Part shown: piece by piece, positions 1-11,794 of the stretch | Layout of the letters: each line of letters opens with the position of its first letter | How positions within the stretch are numbered: position 1 is the first letter of the stretch | Origin: Delftia acidovorans NBRC 14950 | GTDB taxonomy: Bacteria > Pseudomonadota > Gammaproteobacteria > Burkholderiales > Burkholderiaceae_C | Length of the DNA stretch: 32,000 bases | NCBI RefSeq assembly: GCF_001598795.1 | Contig: NZ_BCZP01000020.1 | Coordinates: 60,001-92,000, forward strand | Reading direction: 5' to 3' | Translations under genes and position numbers: made by a program | Notes under the pieces: generated by a model | Seen by the model: the letters and a program-made list of their open reading frames with translations, nothing else | What the model was told of the DNA's origin: nothing | The model's database searches: none

Positions 1-2
1 TG

Positions 3-866
3 GCCGCCAACCGCGTGGTCAACGCCAAGATCGGCTACGTGATCGGCCCCGTCTGCTCGGGCGCATCGATTGCCGCCGCCCCGATCTACAACAACGAAGG
101 CGTGGTCGTCGTGACCCCCTCGGCCACCTCCCCGGCCCTGACCGACGGCAAGAACTACCACTTCATCTTCCGCACCATCGGCCGCGATGACCAGCAGGGC
201 CCAGCCGCCGCCAAGTTCATCCTGGAAAAGGCCAAGCCCAAGAAGGTTGCCGTGCTGCACGACAAGCAGTCGTATGGCCAGGGCATTGCCTCCTCCGTGC
301 GCGACGACCTGAAGAAGGCCGGCGTGGAAGTGGCCCTGTTCGAAGGCATCAACGCCGGCGACAGCGACTACTCCGCCGTCATCACCAAGCTCAAGAGCGC
401 TGGTGTGGACTTCGTCTACTACGGCGGCTACCACCCTGAAATGGGCCTGCTGCTGCGCCAGGCTTCCGAGCAGGGCCTGAAGGTCCGCATGATGGGCCCC
501 GAAGGCGTGGGCAACCCCGAAGTCAACGCCATCGCCGGCAACGCCGTCGAAGGCATGCTGGTGACCCTGCCTGCAGACTTCTCGGCCAACCCCAAGAACG
601 CCGCCGTGGTCAAGGCCTTCAAGGACAAGAAGCGCAATCCCTCGGGCGCCTTCCAGCTGACCGCCTTTGCCGCCACGCAAGTGCTGCTGGACAGCATCAA
701 GGCCGTGGGCGACAGCCCCGCCAAGGTGGCTGACCACCTGCACAAGTCCAACTTCGAGACCGTTCTGGGCTCGGTGGGCTGGAACAAGCAGGGCGACCTG
801 AAGTCCTTCGACTTCCAGGTGTTCGAATGGCACAAGGACGGCAGCAAGTCGGTCGCTGCCAAGTAA
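3..866 (+). CDS. livK: Periplasmic branched-chain amino-acid-binding protein (LivK/LivJ/BraC family), 5' end cut by window edge
   Basis: The frame is open from the window edge to TAA at 864-866. The translation (GPVCSGASIAAAPIYNNEGVVVVTPSATSP...YYGGYHPEMGLLLRQ) looks like a type-I Leu/Ile/Val-binding protein, and the gene sits directly upstream of livHMGF. Confidence 0.9.
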   Translation, partial: AANRVVNAKIGYVIGPVCSGASIAAAPIYNNEGVVVVTPSATSPALTDGKNYHFIFRTIGRDDQQGPAAAKFILEKAKPKKVAVLHDKQSYGQGIASSVRDDLKKAGVEVALFEGINAGDSDYSAVITKLKSAGVDFVYYGGYHPEMGLLLRQASEQGLKVRMMGPEGVGNPEVNAIAGNAVEGMLVTLPADFSANPKNAAVVKAFKDKKRNPSGAFQLTAFAATQVLLDSIKAVGDSPAKVADHLHKSNFETVLGSVGWNKQGDLKSFDFQVFEWHKDGSKSVAAK

Positions 867-883
867 TCCCCCTCGTTGACTGG

Positions 884-909
884 CCGGGGCACGCTTGCGC
901 GTGTCCCGG
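884..909 (+). terminator. Imperfect GC-rich hairpin between livK and livH (possible partial terminator/attenuator)
   Basis: CCGGGGCAC (884-892) pairs with GTGTCCCGG (901-909) with one G-U wobble, followed by a weak TTGTCT. A partial terminator after the binding-protein gene is common in liv operons. Confidence 0.3.
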
Positions 910-963
910 TTGTCTGCATCCTGGCCTTTTAGGCCTTTTCCTGTTTTGGGGCGGCATTACACC

Positions 964-1889
964 ATGTCAGAACTCTTACCTCAGCTGATACAGCAGCTGT
1001 TCAACGGACTGTCCCTGGGCGCCATCTATGCCCTGATCGCCATCGGCTACACAATGGTCTACGGCATCATCGGGATGATCAACTTCGCCCACGGCGACAT
1101 CTACATGATCGGCGCCTACATCGGCCTGGTCACGCTGTCGGCCATCGGCACGACAAGCGGCCTGCCCGTGTGGGCCATCATCGGCCTGATGCTGGTGGTG
1201 TCGGTCTTCGTCACCGGCGTCTACGGCCTGGTGGTGGAACAGGTGGCCTACAAGCCGCTGCGCCGCAGCCCGCGCCTGGTGGCCCTGATCTCGGCCATCG
1301 GCATGTCCATCTTCCTGCAGAACTGGGTGGCCCTGGGCCAGGGCGCGCGCGACATGGCCGTGCCCTCGCTGCTGCCGGGCGCGCTGCGTTTCGGCGCCGA
1401 AGGTGGCTTCGAGATCTATGCGCCCTACTCGCGCATCCTGATCATCGTGGTCGCCATCGTGCTCATGGTGCTGCTGACGCTGTACATCCGCCATTCCCGC
1501 ATGGGCCGTGCCTCGCGCGCCTGCGCCCAGGACATGCACATGGCCAGCCTGCTGGGCATCGACACCAACCGCGTGATCTCGTTCACCTTCGTGCTGGGCG
1601 CCATGCTGGCGGCCGTGGGCGGCGTGCTGATCGCGCTGGCCGTGGGCAAGCTCAACCCGTTCATCGGCTTTCTGGCCGGCATCAAGGCCTTCACGGCGGC
1701 GGTGCTGGGCGGCATCGGCTCCATCCCCGGCGCCATGCTGGGCGGCGTGCTGCTGGGCGTGGCCGAGACCTTTGCGGCAGCCTACATCTCGTCCGAGTAC
1801 AAAGACATCGTGGCCTTCGGCCTGCTGGTGCTGATCCTGCTGTTCCGCCCCACGGGCCTGCTGGGCAAGCCTGAAGTGGAGAAGGTCTG

Positions 1890-1890
<1 letters not shown>
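964..1890 (+). CDS. livH: Branched-chain amino-acid ABC transporter permease LivH
   Basis: The ATG at 964 gives [34 protein letters not shown], a typical LivH N-terminus, and the protein is polytopic and hydrophobic. Its TGA overlaps the livM ATG (TGATG at 1888-1892). Confidence 0.93.
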
Positions 1891-3128
<1,238 letters not shown>

Positions 3129-3180
3129 GGCATGCCGACACCATGATTTTTGGGACAACAGAAAGCAGCAAGGGCCGGCA

Positions 3181-3947
3181 ATGAGCGAGTATTTGCTAGA
3201 AGTCAAAGACCTGTGCATGCGCTTCGGCGGCCTGCTGGCCGTGGACCATGTGGGCTTCAACGTGCGCCCGCAGGAAGTGTTTGCCATCATCGGCCCCAAC
3301 GGTGCCGGCAAGACCACGGTGTTCAACTGCATCAGCGGTTTCTACCAGCCCAGCAGCGGCTCCGTCACGCTGGACGGCAGCGCCATCGAGGGCCGCAGCA
3401 GCCACCACGTGGCCAACCACGGCGTGGTGCGCACCTTCCAGAACGTGCGGCTGTTCAAGTCCATGACGGTGCTGGAAAACCTGCTGGTGGCACAGCACCG
3501 CAGCTCGGGCGTCAACCTGCTGTCGGGCCTGTTCAACACGGCAAGCTACCGCCGCAGCGAAGAGGAAAAGATCGAGAGCGCCCTGCACTGGCTGGACGTC
3601 ATGGGCCTGCGCGAGTTCGTCAACCGCGAGGCCGGCAACCTGGCCTACGGCCACCAGCGCCGCCTGGAGATCGCGCGCTGCATGATCACCAAGCCGCGCG
3701 TGCTCATGCTCGACGAACCCGCCGCCGGCCTGAACCCGCAGGAGAAGAAGGACCTGCAGGGCCTGATCGACCAGCTGCGGCGCCAGTACGGCATTGCCGT
3801 GCTGCTGATCGAGCACGACATGGGCCTGGTCATGGGTGTGTCCGAGCGCATCCTCGTCATGGAGTACGGCAAGCCCATCGCCATGGGCCTGCCGGACGCC
3901 ATCCGCAACGATGAACGGGTCATCAAGGCCTACCTGGGAGAAGCCTG

Positions 3948-3948
<1 letters not shown>
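3181..3948 (+). CDS. livG: Branched-chain amino-acid ABC transporter ATP-binding protein LivG
   Basis: MSEYLLEVKDLCMRFGG start, Walker A GPNGAGKTT, ABC signature and Walker B LMLDEPAAGLNP, and C-terminal VIKAYLGE. Confidence 0.93.
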
Positions 3949-4658
<710 letters not shown>

Positions 4659-4685
4659 CAACGCACAGGCGCCCAGCGCTCCACG

Positions 4686-4715
4686 GGCCCGCCCTTTGGC
4701 GGGCCTTTTTCTTTT
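4686..4715 (+). terminator. Rho-independent terminator of the liv operon
   Basis: GGCCCGCC (4686-4693), loop CTTT, GGCGGGCC (4698-4705), followed by TTTTTCTTTT. Confidence 0.8.
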
Positions 4716-4825
4716 CACGCGCAGATCGCACAGTGGTCTGGTCATGCGCGGCCGATTGTGGGGTCTGCGGCTTGGGCGCAGGCGTTATAAAACACGTCCC
4801 TGCCTCTCATTGCTCCCCTACGCCC

Positions 4826-5737
4826 ATGAACGCCTGCGCCCCCCAAGACATGCTGCAACCCCTGGCCATCGACGTGGTGTCCGTGCAGTCCCAGGTCGTC
4901 TACGGCCGCGTTGGCAACAACGTGGCCATGCCCACGCTGCAGGCGCTGGGGCTGGCGGCGGTGGCCGTGCCCACGGTGGTGTTCAGCAACACGCCGCACT
5001 ATCCCAGCATCCACGGCGGAGCAATTGCCGCCGAGTGGTTTGCGGGCTATCTGCAGGACCTGGGTGCGCGCGGCGGGTTGCGGCAGTTGCAGGCCGTGCT
5101 GGCCGGCTACCTGGGCGGGCCGGCCCAGGCCACGCTGCTGGCGGACTGGGTTGCCGGCCTGCTGGCGCAGCGGCCCGGCCTGCGCGTGGTGGTGGACCCG
5201 GTGATCGGCGACCACGACAGCGGCATCTATGTGGACCCCGCCATGGTCGAGGCCTACCAGCGCCACCTGCTGCCGCTGGCCGACGGGCTGACACCCAACC
5301 ATTTCGAGCTGGAGCAGCTGACCGCGCGCCCTGTGCGCGGCATGGACGATGTGGTCCAGGCCGCGCGCAGCCTGCTGACCGGCCGCACGCAGTGGGTGGC
5401 CGTGACCAGCGCATCGCCCGAGCTGGACGGCGAGCCCGCCCAGCGCATGCGCGTGGCCCTGGTCACGCGCGATGATGTGCATGTGATCACCCACGCGCGG
5501 GTGGACGCGGTGCCCAAGGGAACGGGCGATCTTTTCAGTGCCGCGCTCACCGGCCACTGGCTGCAGGGCGCCAGCCTGCACGAGGCGGCCGAACGTGCCT
5601 GCGAACGCATCGTGCAGGCGCTGGAGCGCACCCGGCAGGCGCACAGCGCCGAGCTGCTGCTGCCATCGGACCCTGTCGCCGCCCAGGCAGCGGCCGGGCC
5701 GGCAGCACGGGCACAAGCGATACCATCGCCCGCATGA
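4826..5737 (+). CDS. pdxY: Pyridoxal/pyridoxamine kinase (PdxY-type, ribokinase superfamily)
   Basis: [26 protein letters not shown]...NTPHYPS...VVDPVIGD...TPNHFELE...[10 protein letters not shown] match PdxY-type kinases. The start is taken at ATG 4826 (alternative Met at 4850). Confidence 0.85.
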   Translation: MNACAPQDMLQPLAIDVVSVQSQVVYGRVGNNVAMPTLQALGLAAVAVPTVVFSNTPHYPSIHGGAIAAEWFAGYLQDLGARGGLRQLQAVLAGYLGGPAQATLLADWVAGLLAQRPGLRVVVDPVIGDHDSGIYVDPAMVEAYQRHLLPLADGLTPNHFELEQLTARPVRGMDDVVQAARSLLTGRTQWVAVTSASPELDGEPAQRMRVALVTRDDVHVITHARVDAVPKGTGDLFSAALTGHWLQGASLHEAAERACERIVQALERTRQAHSAELLLPSDPVAAQAAAGPAARAQAIPSPA

Positions 5738-6510
5738 ACAATGCATCGCCTCTTCTTTCCCTGACGATTCTTACCGGCGCCTCGCGCGGCATGGGCCAGG
5801 CCATGGCCCGGCAACTGCTGGATGCCGGCCATGAACTGGTCACGCTGTCGCGCTCCACCAGCGAAGACCTGGCCCAGGCGGCCGCCACGGCGGGCGCGCC
5901 GCTGCAGCAGTGGAGCGTGGACCTGGGCGAGCCCGAGGCCGCGGCCCGCAGGCTGGGCGACTGGCTGGCCGGCCTGGACGCCGCGCGCTACGCCAGCGTC
6001 ACCCTGATCAACAACGCGGGCGTGATTCCGCAGATTGCACCGCTGTCGCAGCTGCAGCCCGCCGACATTGCCCAGGCCATGCGCGTGGGGCTGGAGGCGC
6101 CCATGCTGCTGACGGCCGCCTTCCTGGCCGCCACCGAGAGCTGGACAGCCGTGCCGCGCAAGGTGCTCAACATTTCTTCGGGCCTGGGCCGGCGCGCCAT
6201 TGCCTCGCAGGCCTCCTACTGCGCGGCCAAGGCCGGCATGGACCATTTCAGCCGCAGCGTGGCGCTGGACGAGGCGCTCAAGCCCCACGGCGCGCGCATC
6301 TGCTCGCTGGCGCCCGGCGTCATCGACACCGACATGCAGGTGCAGTTGCGCAGCGCGGATACCGCCGCCTTCCCCGACGCAGGCAACTTTGCCCAGCTCA
6401 AGCAAGGCGGCAAGCTGTCCACGCCCGAGCAGGCGGCAGCGCTGGTGCTGGGCTGGCTGCAGCGTGCCGATTTTGGCGAGCAAGTGGTGGCCGACGTGCG
6501 CCAGCCCTGA
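5734..6510 (+). CDS. Short-chain dehydrogenase/reductase (SDR family)
   Basis: The [11 protein letters not shown] cofactor motif and YCAAKAG (YxxxK) catalytic motif are present. The ATG overlaps the pdxY stop (ATGA), suggesting translational coupling. Confidence 0.85.
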   Translation: MNNASPLLSLTILTGASRGMGQAMARQLLDAGHELVTLSRSTSEDLAQAAATAGAPLQQWSVDLGEPEAAARRLGDWLAGLDAARYASVTLINNAGVIPQIAPLSQLQPADIAQAMRVGLEAPMLLTAAFLAATESWTAVPRKVLNISSGLGRRAIASQASYCAAKAGMDHFSRSVALDEALKPHGARICSLAPGVIDTDMQVQLRSADTAAFPDAGNFAQLKQGGKLSTPEQAAALVLGWLQRADFGEQVVADVRQP

Positions 6511-6671
6511 GCATTTTCCGGATGGCAGCTTCAATGCGGCGATGAATATCCGGCAATGGAAAAGGCATCGCCGCACTGGCCTGAATAATCCAAATACCGC
6601 ACTGGAAAATGTTCTGCAAGAATTACCGATTGCAGGCAGCATTTTCCGTATCCAACCTGAGCATTCGCTTG

Positions 6672-6703
6672 AAAATCGTCATCTGGCAAAGGATGACGTT
6701 TTT
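6672..6703 (+). terminator. Orphan intrinsic-terminator-like hairpin in an AT-rich spacer
   Basis: AAAA, then perfect 7-bp stem CGTCATC (6677-6683) / GATGACG (6692-6698) with an 8-nt loop, then TTTTT (6699-6703). It lies about 160 nt beyond the nearest upstream stop codon. Confidence 0.5.
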
Positions 6704-6798
6704 CATCTGCGTTTGCCAGTCCTGCATTTCCAATCCTCCTACAGCGGCGTCTATTGCGACTGGCAAGAATGGGGCACTCAACTCCAAGAAAGTCGGCC

Positions 6799-7797
6799 AT
6801 GTCCATTGCCTATTCCGAATCCGCGCCCCTGGCTGAAGCGCCAGTGGTCAACACGGTCGCCACCGTAGATACCTCACGCAGCGGCGTTTCATGGGCCGCG
6901 ATATTTGCCGGCGCCATGGCGGCGGCATCGCTGTCGCTGCTGCTGTTCATTCTGGGCACAGGCCTGGGCCTGTCGTCGGTGTCGGTATGGTCCGGTGAAG
7001 GCCTGGATGCAGGCGCCCTGGGCCTGACGGCCGTGGCATGGATCGCCTTCACCCAGCTGGCCTCGGCCGGCGTGGGCGGCTATCTGGCCGGGCGGCTGCG
7101 CACACGCTGGCAAGGCGTGCACACGGACGAGGTCTACTTCCGCGATACGGCCCACGGCTTTCTGTCCTGGGCACTGGCCACGCTGGCCATGGTGGCCCTG
7201 ATGGGCGCCGCTGCAGGCGGTGCCGTCTCCGGCGCCTTCAAGGCAGCGCAGACCGTGGCCACCAGCGCCTCCAACGTGGTGGGCGGCGCGATCGGCGCCG
7301 CCGGCGGTGCAGCTGCAGGCGGTGCCGCAGCCATGGCCGGTGCCTCGGGCGCCGATGCCTCGCCCCAGGGCCTGGTCTACTGGACCGGCAGCCTGTTCCG
7401 CAATTCAGGCGCCGCTACCTCCACCAGCAATGCCACCCCCGCCGACCTGGCCAGCGCCACCCGCGAGGCCGGCGTGATCTTTGCCCAGTCGCTGCGCACC
7501 GGCCAGCTGTCTCCCGCAGACGAGCAATACCTGGCCCAGCTGATTGCGCGCAATTCCGATATGTCCGTGGAAGATGCGCAAAAGAAAGTGCGTAGCACCT
7601 TTGATTCCGTGCAAATGCAGATAAAGCAGGCCGAGCAAAAGGCTGAAGAAGCCAAGCAAAAGGCCAAGCAGGCTGCTGAAGAGGCGCGCAAGGCCACGGC
7701 CCATTCCATGCTCTGGCTGTTTGTTTCGCTGATGCTGGGCGCTTTTGTGGGCAGCCTGTGCGCCACCTGGGGTGGTCGTCAACGCGATGCCTTTTGA
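6799..7797 (+). CDS. Hypothetical integral membrane protein with Gly/Ala-rich segment and Lys/Glu/Ala-rich helix before a C-terminal TM
   Basis: MSIAYSES start. Hydrophobic spans include AAIFAGAMAAASLSLLLFILGTGLGL, then a GGAIGAAGGAAAGGAAAMAG tract, a QIKQAEQKAEEAKQKAKQAAEEARK helix, and a terminal TM (MLWLFVSLMLGAFVGSL). No family name could be recognised with confidence. Confidence 0.7.
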   Translation: MSIAYSESAPLAEAPVVNTVATVDTSRSGVSWAAIFAGAMAAASLSLLLFILGTGLGLSSVSVWSGEGLDAGALGLTAVAWIAFTQLASAGVGGYLAGRLRTRWQGVHTDEVYFRDTAHGFLSWALATLAMVALMGAAAGGAVSGAFKAAQTVATSASNVVGGAIGAAGGAAAGGAAAMAGASGADASPQGLVYWTGSLFRNSGAATSTSNATPADLASATREAGVIFAQSLRTGQLSPADEQYLAQLIARNSDMSVEDAQKKVRSTFDSVQMQIKQAEQKAEEAKQKAKQAAEEARKATAHSMLWLFVSLMLGAFVGSLCATWGGRQRDAF

Positions 7798-7855
7798 TAA
7801 TCCCCGGCACTGAAACCCAATCAATCCAATTCAATCCATTCAACGGAGGCTTGCC

Positions 7856-7927
7856 ATGCGATCCATACTGCTTTTTCTCCTGGGCGTTCCCATTCCCATC
7901 ATCATCCTGATTGCGCTCATCCACTGA
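7856..7927 (+). CDS. 23-aa hydrophobic micro-ORF (MRSILLFLLGVPIPIIILIALIH), below the ORF-track cut-off
   Basis: GGAGG at 7845-7849 lies 6 nt upstream of ATG 7856. The peptide is a single predicted TM helix, and its TGA at 7925-7927 is 11 nt before the ligD ATG. Confidence 0.5.
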   Translation: MRSILLFLLGVPIPIIILIALIH

Positions 7928-7938
7928 CGGATGCCGCC

Positions 7939-10566
7939 ATGCCGGCCACGCGCAGCAAGTCCCAGGCATCCCGCCAGGCCCGCCCCACCAAAGGGGCGGC
8001 CAAGGCGGCGACACCCCAGGCCTCGCTCGCGCTGTACCGGCAAAAGCGCGACTTCACGCGCACACCGGAACCTTCGGCAGAACCTTCCAGTGAGACGATT
8101 GCAGGGCAGCCCGGCGCGGGCGCCCTGCAATTCGTCATTCAAAAGCACTGGGCCAGCCATCTGCACTACGACTTCCGGCTGGAGCTGGACGGCAGCATGA
8201 AAAGCTGGGCCGTGCCCAAGGGCCCCAGCTACGACCCGGCCGACAAGCGCATGGCCGTCCAGGTGGAAGACCACCCCATGGCCTACAACCGCTTCGAGGG
8301 CCAGATTCCACCGGGGCAGTACGGCGCGGGCAAGATCATCATCTGGGACCGTGGCACCTGGCTGCCCGAGGGCGATGCGGCCGAAGGCTATCGCAAGGGC
8401 AAGCTCAAGTTCGAACTGCGAGGCCACAAGCTGCAGGGCCGCTGGACCCTGGTGCGCATGCGCGGCAAGGACGACGCCAAAAAGCCCGCCTGGCTGCTGA
8501 TCAAGGAGCACGACGGCCTGGAACGTGCTGCCAGCGAATTCAACGTGGTCGGGGACATGCCCGACAGCGTGGCCGGCCTTCCCCTGCCCACCGCCACAGC
8601 GCCCGTCACCACACCCGTCACCACGCCCGTCGCTACGCACGTCACCGCGTCCATGCCGCAGAGCATCGCCCCGCAGTTGGCAACCTTGGTGGACCATGCA
8701 CCTGCAGAGGCCGGGCAATGGATCTTCGAGAGCAAGTTCGACGGCTACCGGCTGCTGGCGCGCATCGAGGACGGCGCCGTTCGCCTTTTCACGCGCAACG
8801 GCAAGGACTGGACCACCAAAATGCCCGCCCTGGCCCGCGCCTTTGCCGCACTGCCCCTGCAATCGGGCTGGGTGGATGGCGAGGTGCTGATGCTGGACAG
8901 CGACAGCCGCCCTGACTTCCAGGCCCTGCAAAACGCCTTTGACGGCGAGCGCACCGACCACCTGGTGTTCTTCGCGTTTGACCTGCTGTGGCATGACGGC
9001 CAGGACCTGCGGCCCCAGCCCGTGGAGCAGCGCCGCCAGCAGTTGCAGGCCCTGCTGCACAAGGCGCCTTCGGACCGCCTTCGTTTCAGCGAGGCCTTTG
9101 ACGCCCCGCCCGCCGACCTGGTGGCCGCCGCCTGCCAGCTGGGCCTGGAGGGCGTGATCGGCAAGCGGCGCGGCAGCGCCTATGCCTCGCGGCGCAGCGC
9201 GGACTGGATCAAGCTCAAGTGCGGCCTGCGCCAGGAATTCGTGATCGCGGGCTACACCGATCCCCAGGGCACGCGCACGGGCCTGGGCGCCCTGGTCCTG
9301 GCCGTGCATGGCGAGGACGGCCAGCTGCGCGCGGCAGGCAAGGTGGGCACGGGGTTCAACAGGCGCACCCTGGCCGACCTGCGCCAGCGCCTGGAGCGCC
9401 TTGCCACCGGCACCTCGCCGCTGGCGGACAGCCGGGGCCTTGGCAGCGGGGTGCACTGGGTGCGCCCCACGCTGCTGGCCGAGGTCTCGTTCGCGCAGTG
9501 GACCGAGGACGGCCAGGTCCGCCATGCCGTATTCCAGGGCCTGCGTGCGGACAAGCCTGCACGCAGCATTGTCAAAGAGGAGCCACAGCACGTGCCATCG
9601 ACCGCATCTTCCGCCAGCGCTGCCGCCACGCCTGGCGCTGCACGAACGCAAACCCGCCATGCCAGGGCGGCGCGACTGCCCGCCTCGATGACCATCACCC
9701 ATCCCGAGCGGGTCATCGATCCCTCCACCGGCATCACCAAGATGGATCTGGCGCGCTACTACGCCACGGTGGCGCCCTTCATGATCACCCACCTCAAGTC
9801 CCGCCCCGTGGCCATGGTGCGGGCGCCGGACGGCATCGAGGGCGAGCTGTTCTTCCAAAAGCACCTCGACCAGGCGCCGCTGCAGGGCATCGCCGCCCTG
9901 TCGCCGGAACTGGACCCCGGCCATGCTCCGCTGATGGAGGTGTCCCGGCGCGAAGGCCTGGTGGCGGCGGCGCAGATGAACACCATCGAATGGCACACCT
10001 GGAACGCGCGCAAGGACCGCATCGACCGGCCCGATCGCATGACCTTCGACCTGGACCCGGGCGAAGGCGTGCCCTGGCAGCAGGTGCAGGAGGCCGCCAG
10101 CCTGCTGCATGTGCTGCTGCAGGAGCTGGAGCTGCCGGCCTTCCTCAAGACCAGCGGCGGCAAGGGCCTGCACGTGGTCGTACCCATCAAGCGGCTGCTG
10201 GACTGGGACACCGTCAAGGCCTTCTCGCAGGCCGTGGTCCAGCACTTGGCCCATGCCGTGCCCCAGCGCTTCGTGGCCAAAAGCGGGCCGCGCAACCGCG
10301 TGGGAAAGATTTTTGTGGACTACCTGCGCAACGGCTTCGGCGCCACCACGGCCTGCGCGTGGACGGCCCGGGCGCGGCCGGGCATGGGCATCTCCGTGCC
10401 CGTGGCCTGGAACGAGCTGGACAGGCTCACGGGCGGCGCGCACTGGACCATTCGCTCGGTAGACCAGCGCCTGCGCCTGGGCAACTCCCCCTGGGAGCAC
10501 TACGGCACGGCCGCCGTGGGCCTGGGCCGCGCCATGAAGGCGCTGGGCTTCGAGGCGCAGCGCTGA
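7939..10566 (+). CDS. ligD: Multifunctional NHEJ enzyme LigD (3'-phosphoesterase - ATP-dependent ligase - polymerase/primase)
   Basis: N-terminal PE motif FVIQKHWASHLHYDFRLEL...SWAVPKGPS. Ligase motif I ESKFDGYR. C-terminal Pol domain ITHPERVIDP...FFQKH...TFDLDPGEGV...KTSGGKGLHVVVP. The domain order PE-Lig-Pol is as I recall it for Pseudomonas LigD. Confidence 0.95.
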   Translation: MPATRSKSQASRQARPTKGAAKAATPQASLALYRQKRDFTRTPEPSAEPSSETIAGQPGAGALQFVIQKHWASHLHYDFRLELDGSMKSWAVPKGPSYDPADKRMAVQVEDHPMAYNRFEGQIPPGQYGAGKIIIWDRGTWLPEGDAAEGYRKGKLKFELRGHKLQGRWTLVRMRGKDDAKKPAWLLIKEHDGLERAASEFNVVGDMPDSVAGLPLPTATAPVTTPVTTPVATHVTASMPQSIAPQLATLVDHAPAEAGQWIFESKFDGYRLLARIEDGAVRLFTRNGKDWTTKMPALARAFAALPLQSGWVDGEVLMLDSDSRPDFQALQNAFDGERTDHLVFFAFDLLWHDGQDLRPQPVEQRRQQLQALLHKAPSDRLRFSEAFDAPPADLVAAACQLGLEGVIGKRRGSAYASRRSADWIKLKCGLRQEFVIAGYTDPQGTRTGLGALVLAVHGEDGQLRAAGKVGTGFNRRTLADLRQRLERLATGTSPLADSRGLGSGVHWVRPTLLAEVSFAQWTEDGQVRHAVFQGLRADKPARSIVKEEPQHVPSTASSASAAATPGAARTQTRHARAARLPASMTITHPERVIDPSTGITKMDLARYYATVAPFMITHLKSRPVAMVRAPDGIEGELFFQKHLDQAPLQGIAALSPELDPGHAPLMEVSRREGLVAAAQMNTIEWHTWNARKDRIDRPDRMTFDLDPGEGVPWQQVQEAASLLHVLLQELELPAFLKTSGGKGLHVVVPIKRLLDWDTVKAFSQAVVQHLAHAVPQRFVAKSGPRNRVGKIFVDYLRNGFGATTACAWTARARPGMGISVPVAWNELDRLTGGAHWTIRSVDQRLRLGNSPWEHYGTAAVGLGRAMKALGFEAQR
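8602..8649 (+). repeat. 4 x 12-bp imperfect in-frame tandem repeat in the LigD PE-ligase linker
   Basis: The units CCCGTCACCACA / CCCGTCACCACG / CCCGTCGCTACG / CACGTCACCGCG encode PVTT PVTT PVAT HVTA. Confidence 0.8.
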
Positions 10567-10600
10567 GCACCGTCCTGCAGGAATCGAAGAAAGCAACGCC

Positions 10601-11578
10601 ATGAAGAAAGCCGCCTCCCCCAAATCCAGTCCGTCCACCTCCGCGCGCAGCATGTGGAAGGGCGCCATCAGCTTTGGCCTGGTGCACATTCCCATCGGCC
10701 TGTACGCGGCCACGGCCAGCTCGGACATCGACTTCGACTGGCTGGACAAGCGCAACATGCAGCCCGTGGGCTACAAGCGCATCAACAAGGTCACGGGCAA
10801 GGAGGTGGCCACGGCCGACATCGTCAAGGGCGTGGAATTCGAGGAGGGCCGCTACGTGGTGCTGAGCGCTGAAGAGATTGCCGCCGCCTTTCCCAAGACC
10901 ACGCAGACCATCGAGATCGAGGCCTTTGTCGATGCCCAGGACATCCCCTTCATCTACCTGGAACGCCCCTACTACACCGCCCCCCTGCACCGTGGCGAGA
11001 AGGTCTACGCCCTGCTGCGCGAGGCCCTGCGCAAGAGCAACAAGGTGGGCGTGGCCAAGGTGGTCATCCAGACCAAGCAGCATCTGGCCATCCTGATTCC
11101 CTGCGGCCGGGCGCTGGTGCTCAACCTGCTGCGCTGGGGCGGCGAGATCCGCTCCTTCGAGCAACTGGACCTGCCGCCTCTGGACGCCAAGGCCGCCGGC
11201 ATCAAGAGCGCCGAGATGACCATGGCCATGGCCCTCATCAAGGACATGAGCCAGGCCTGGGACGCCGACCAGTTCCGCAACTCCTTCAGCGAGGAAATCC
11301 ACCAGCTCGTGCAGGCCAAGGCGCACGCGGGCGATGTCCAAAACGTGGAAAAGCAGGAGACCACACCCGCCGCGCCGGCCAACGCGGCCGTGCTGGACCT
11401 GACGGCCCTGCTCAAGAACAGCCTGGGCAAGGGCGCAGGCGGACCATCCGCCACCGCAGCCAAGGAAAAAAATACCGCGTCAACGGTAAAAAATGCAAAG
11501 ACGCCAGCGTCCAGAAAATCGACAAAATCCACAAAAACCCCGGCCAGGGCCCCTGCAAAACGCCCCGCCGCTAAATAA
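10601..11578 (+). CDS. ku: NHEJ DNA end-binding protein Ku
   Basis: MWKGAISFGLVHIPIGLYAAT is the characteristic bacterial Ku N-terminus. The C-terminal tail is Lys/Ala/Pro-rich (KNAKTPASRKSTKSTKTPARAPAKRPAAK). The start may instead be the ATG at 10652. Confidence 0.93.
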   Translation: MKKAASPKSSPSTSARSMWKGAISFGLVHIPIGLYAATASSDIDFDWLDKRNMQPVGYKRINKVTGKEVATADIVKGVEFEEGRYVVLSAEEIAAAFPKTTQTIEIEAFVDAQDIPFIYLERPYYTAPLHRGEKVYALLREALRKSNKVGVAKVVIQTKQHLAILIPCGRALVLNLLRWGGEIRSFEQLDLPPLDAKAAGIKSAEMTMAMALIKDMSQAWDADQFRNSFSEEIHQLVQAKAHAGDVQNVEKQETTPAAPANAAVLDLTALLKNSLGKGAGGPSATAAKEKNTASTVKNAKTPASRKSTKSTKTPARAPAKRPAAK

Positions 11579-11794
11579 CCCCATATTTGGCCTGGCTGCA
11601 TTTTTTACAAAAGCAATTTCATTATAAGAAATACATCCATTTGTACCGACAAAATGGAACAAGACCACTCCATAGCAAATTCCAATGCTTTACCAAAAGT
11701 AATCTTCCAAATATCCTACAAGCCCGCCATTTTCACGGTCGCACAATGAAATTGCAGTGATGACGGCATCGCTGTTTACTTAAGGAGTACGGAA

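Noticed and set aside
6760-6775. TGGCAAGAATGGGGCA upstream of the 6799 membrane-protein gene as a -24/-12 promoter.
   Set aside because: The GG-N10-GC spacing is correct, but the -12 element is GGGC rather than TTGC and the -24 element is GGCAAG. This is too weak to call, so it is left as an unscored possibility.
6531-6836. ORFs 6609-6836 (+, 75 aa) and 6531-6806 (-, 91 aa) in the AT-rich spacer.
   Set aside because: Neither has an SD. The Cys/Ile/Phe-rich composition is atypical for this genome, and both overlap the terminator hairpin and the start region of the downstream gene.
7840-10758. 972-aa minus-strand ORF antisense to ligD. Similar long antisense ORFs occur at 1782-3110, 12226-14121, 15824-17560, 20334-21977 and 22908-27650.
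   Set aside because: The translations are Arg/Ala/Gly/His/Gln-rich with no recognisable motifs, while the opposite strand encodes proteins with clear family signatures. This is the typical stop-codon-poor antisense frame of high-GC DNA.
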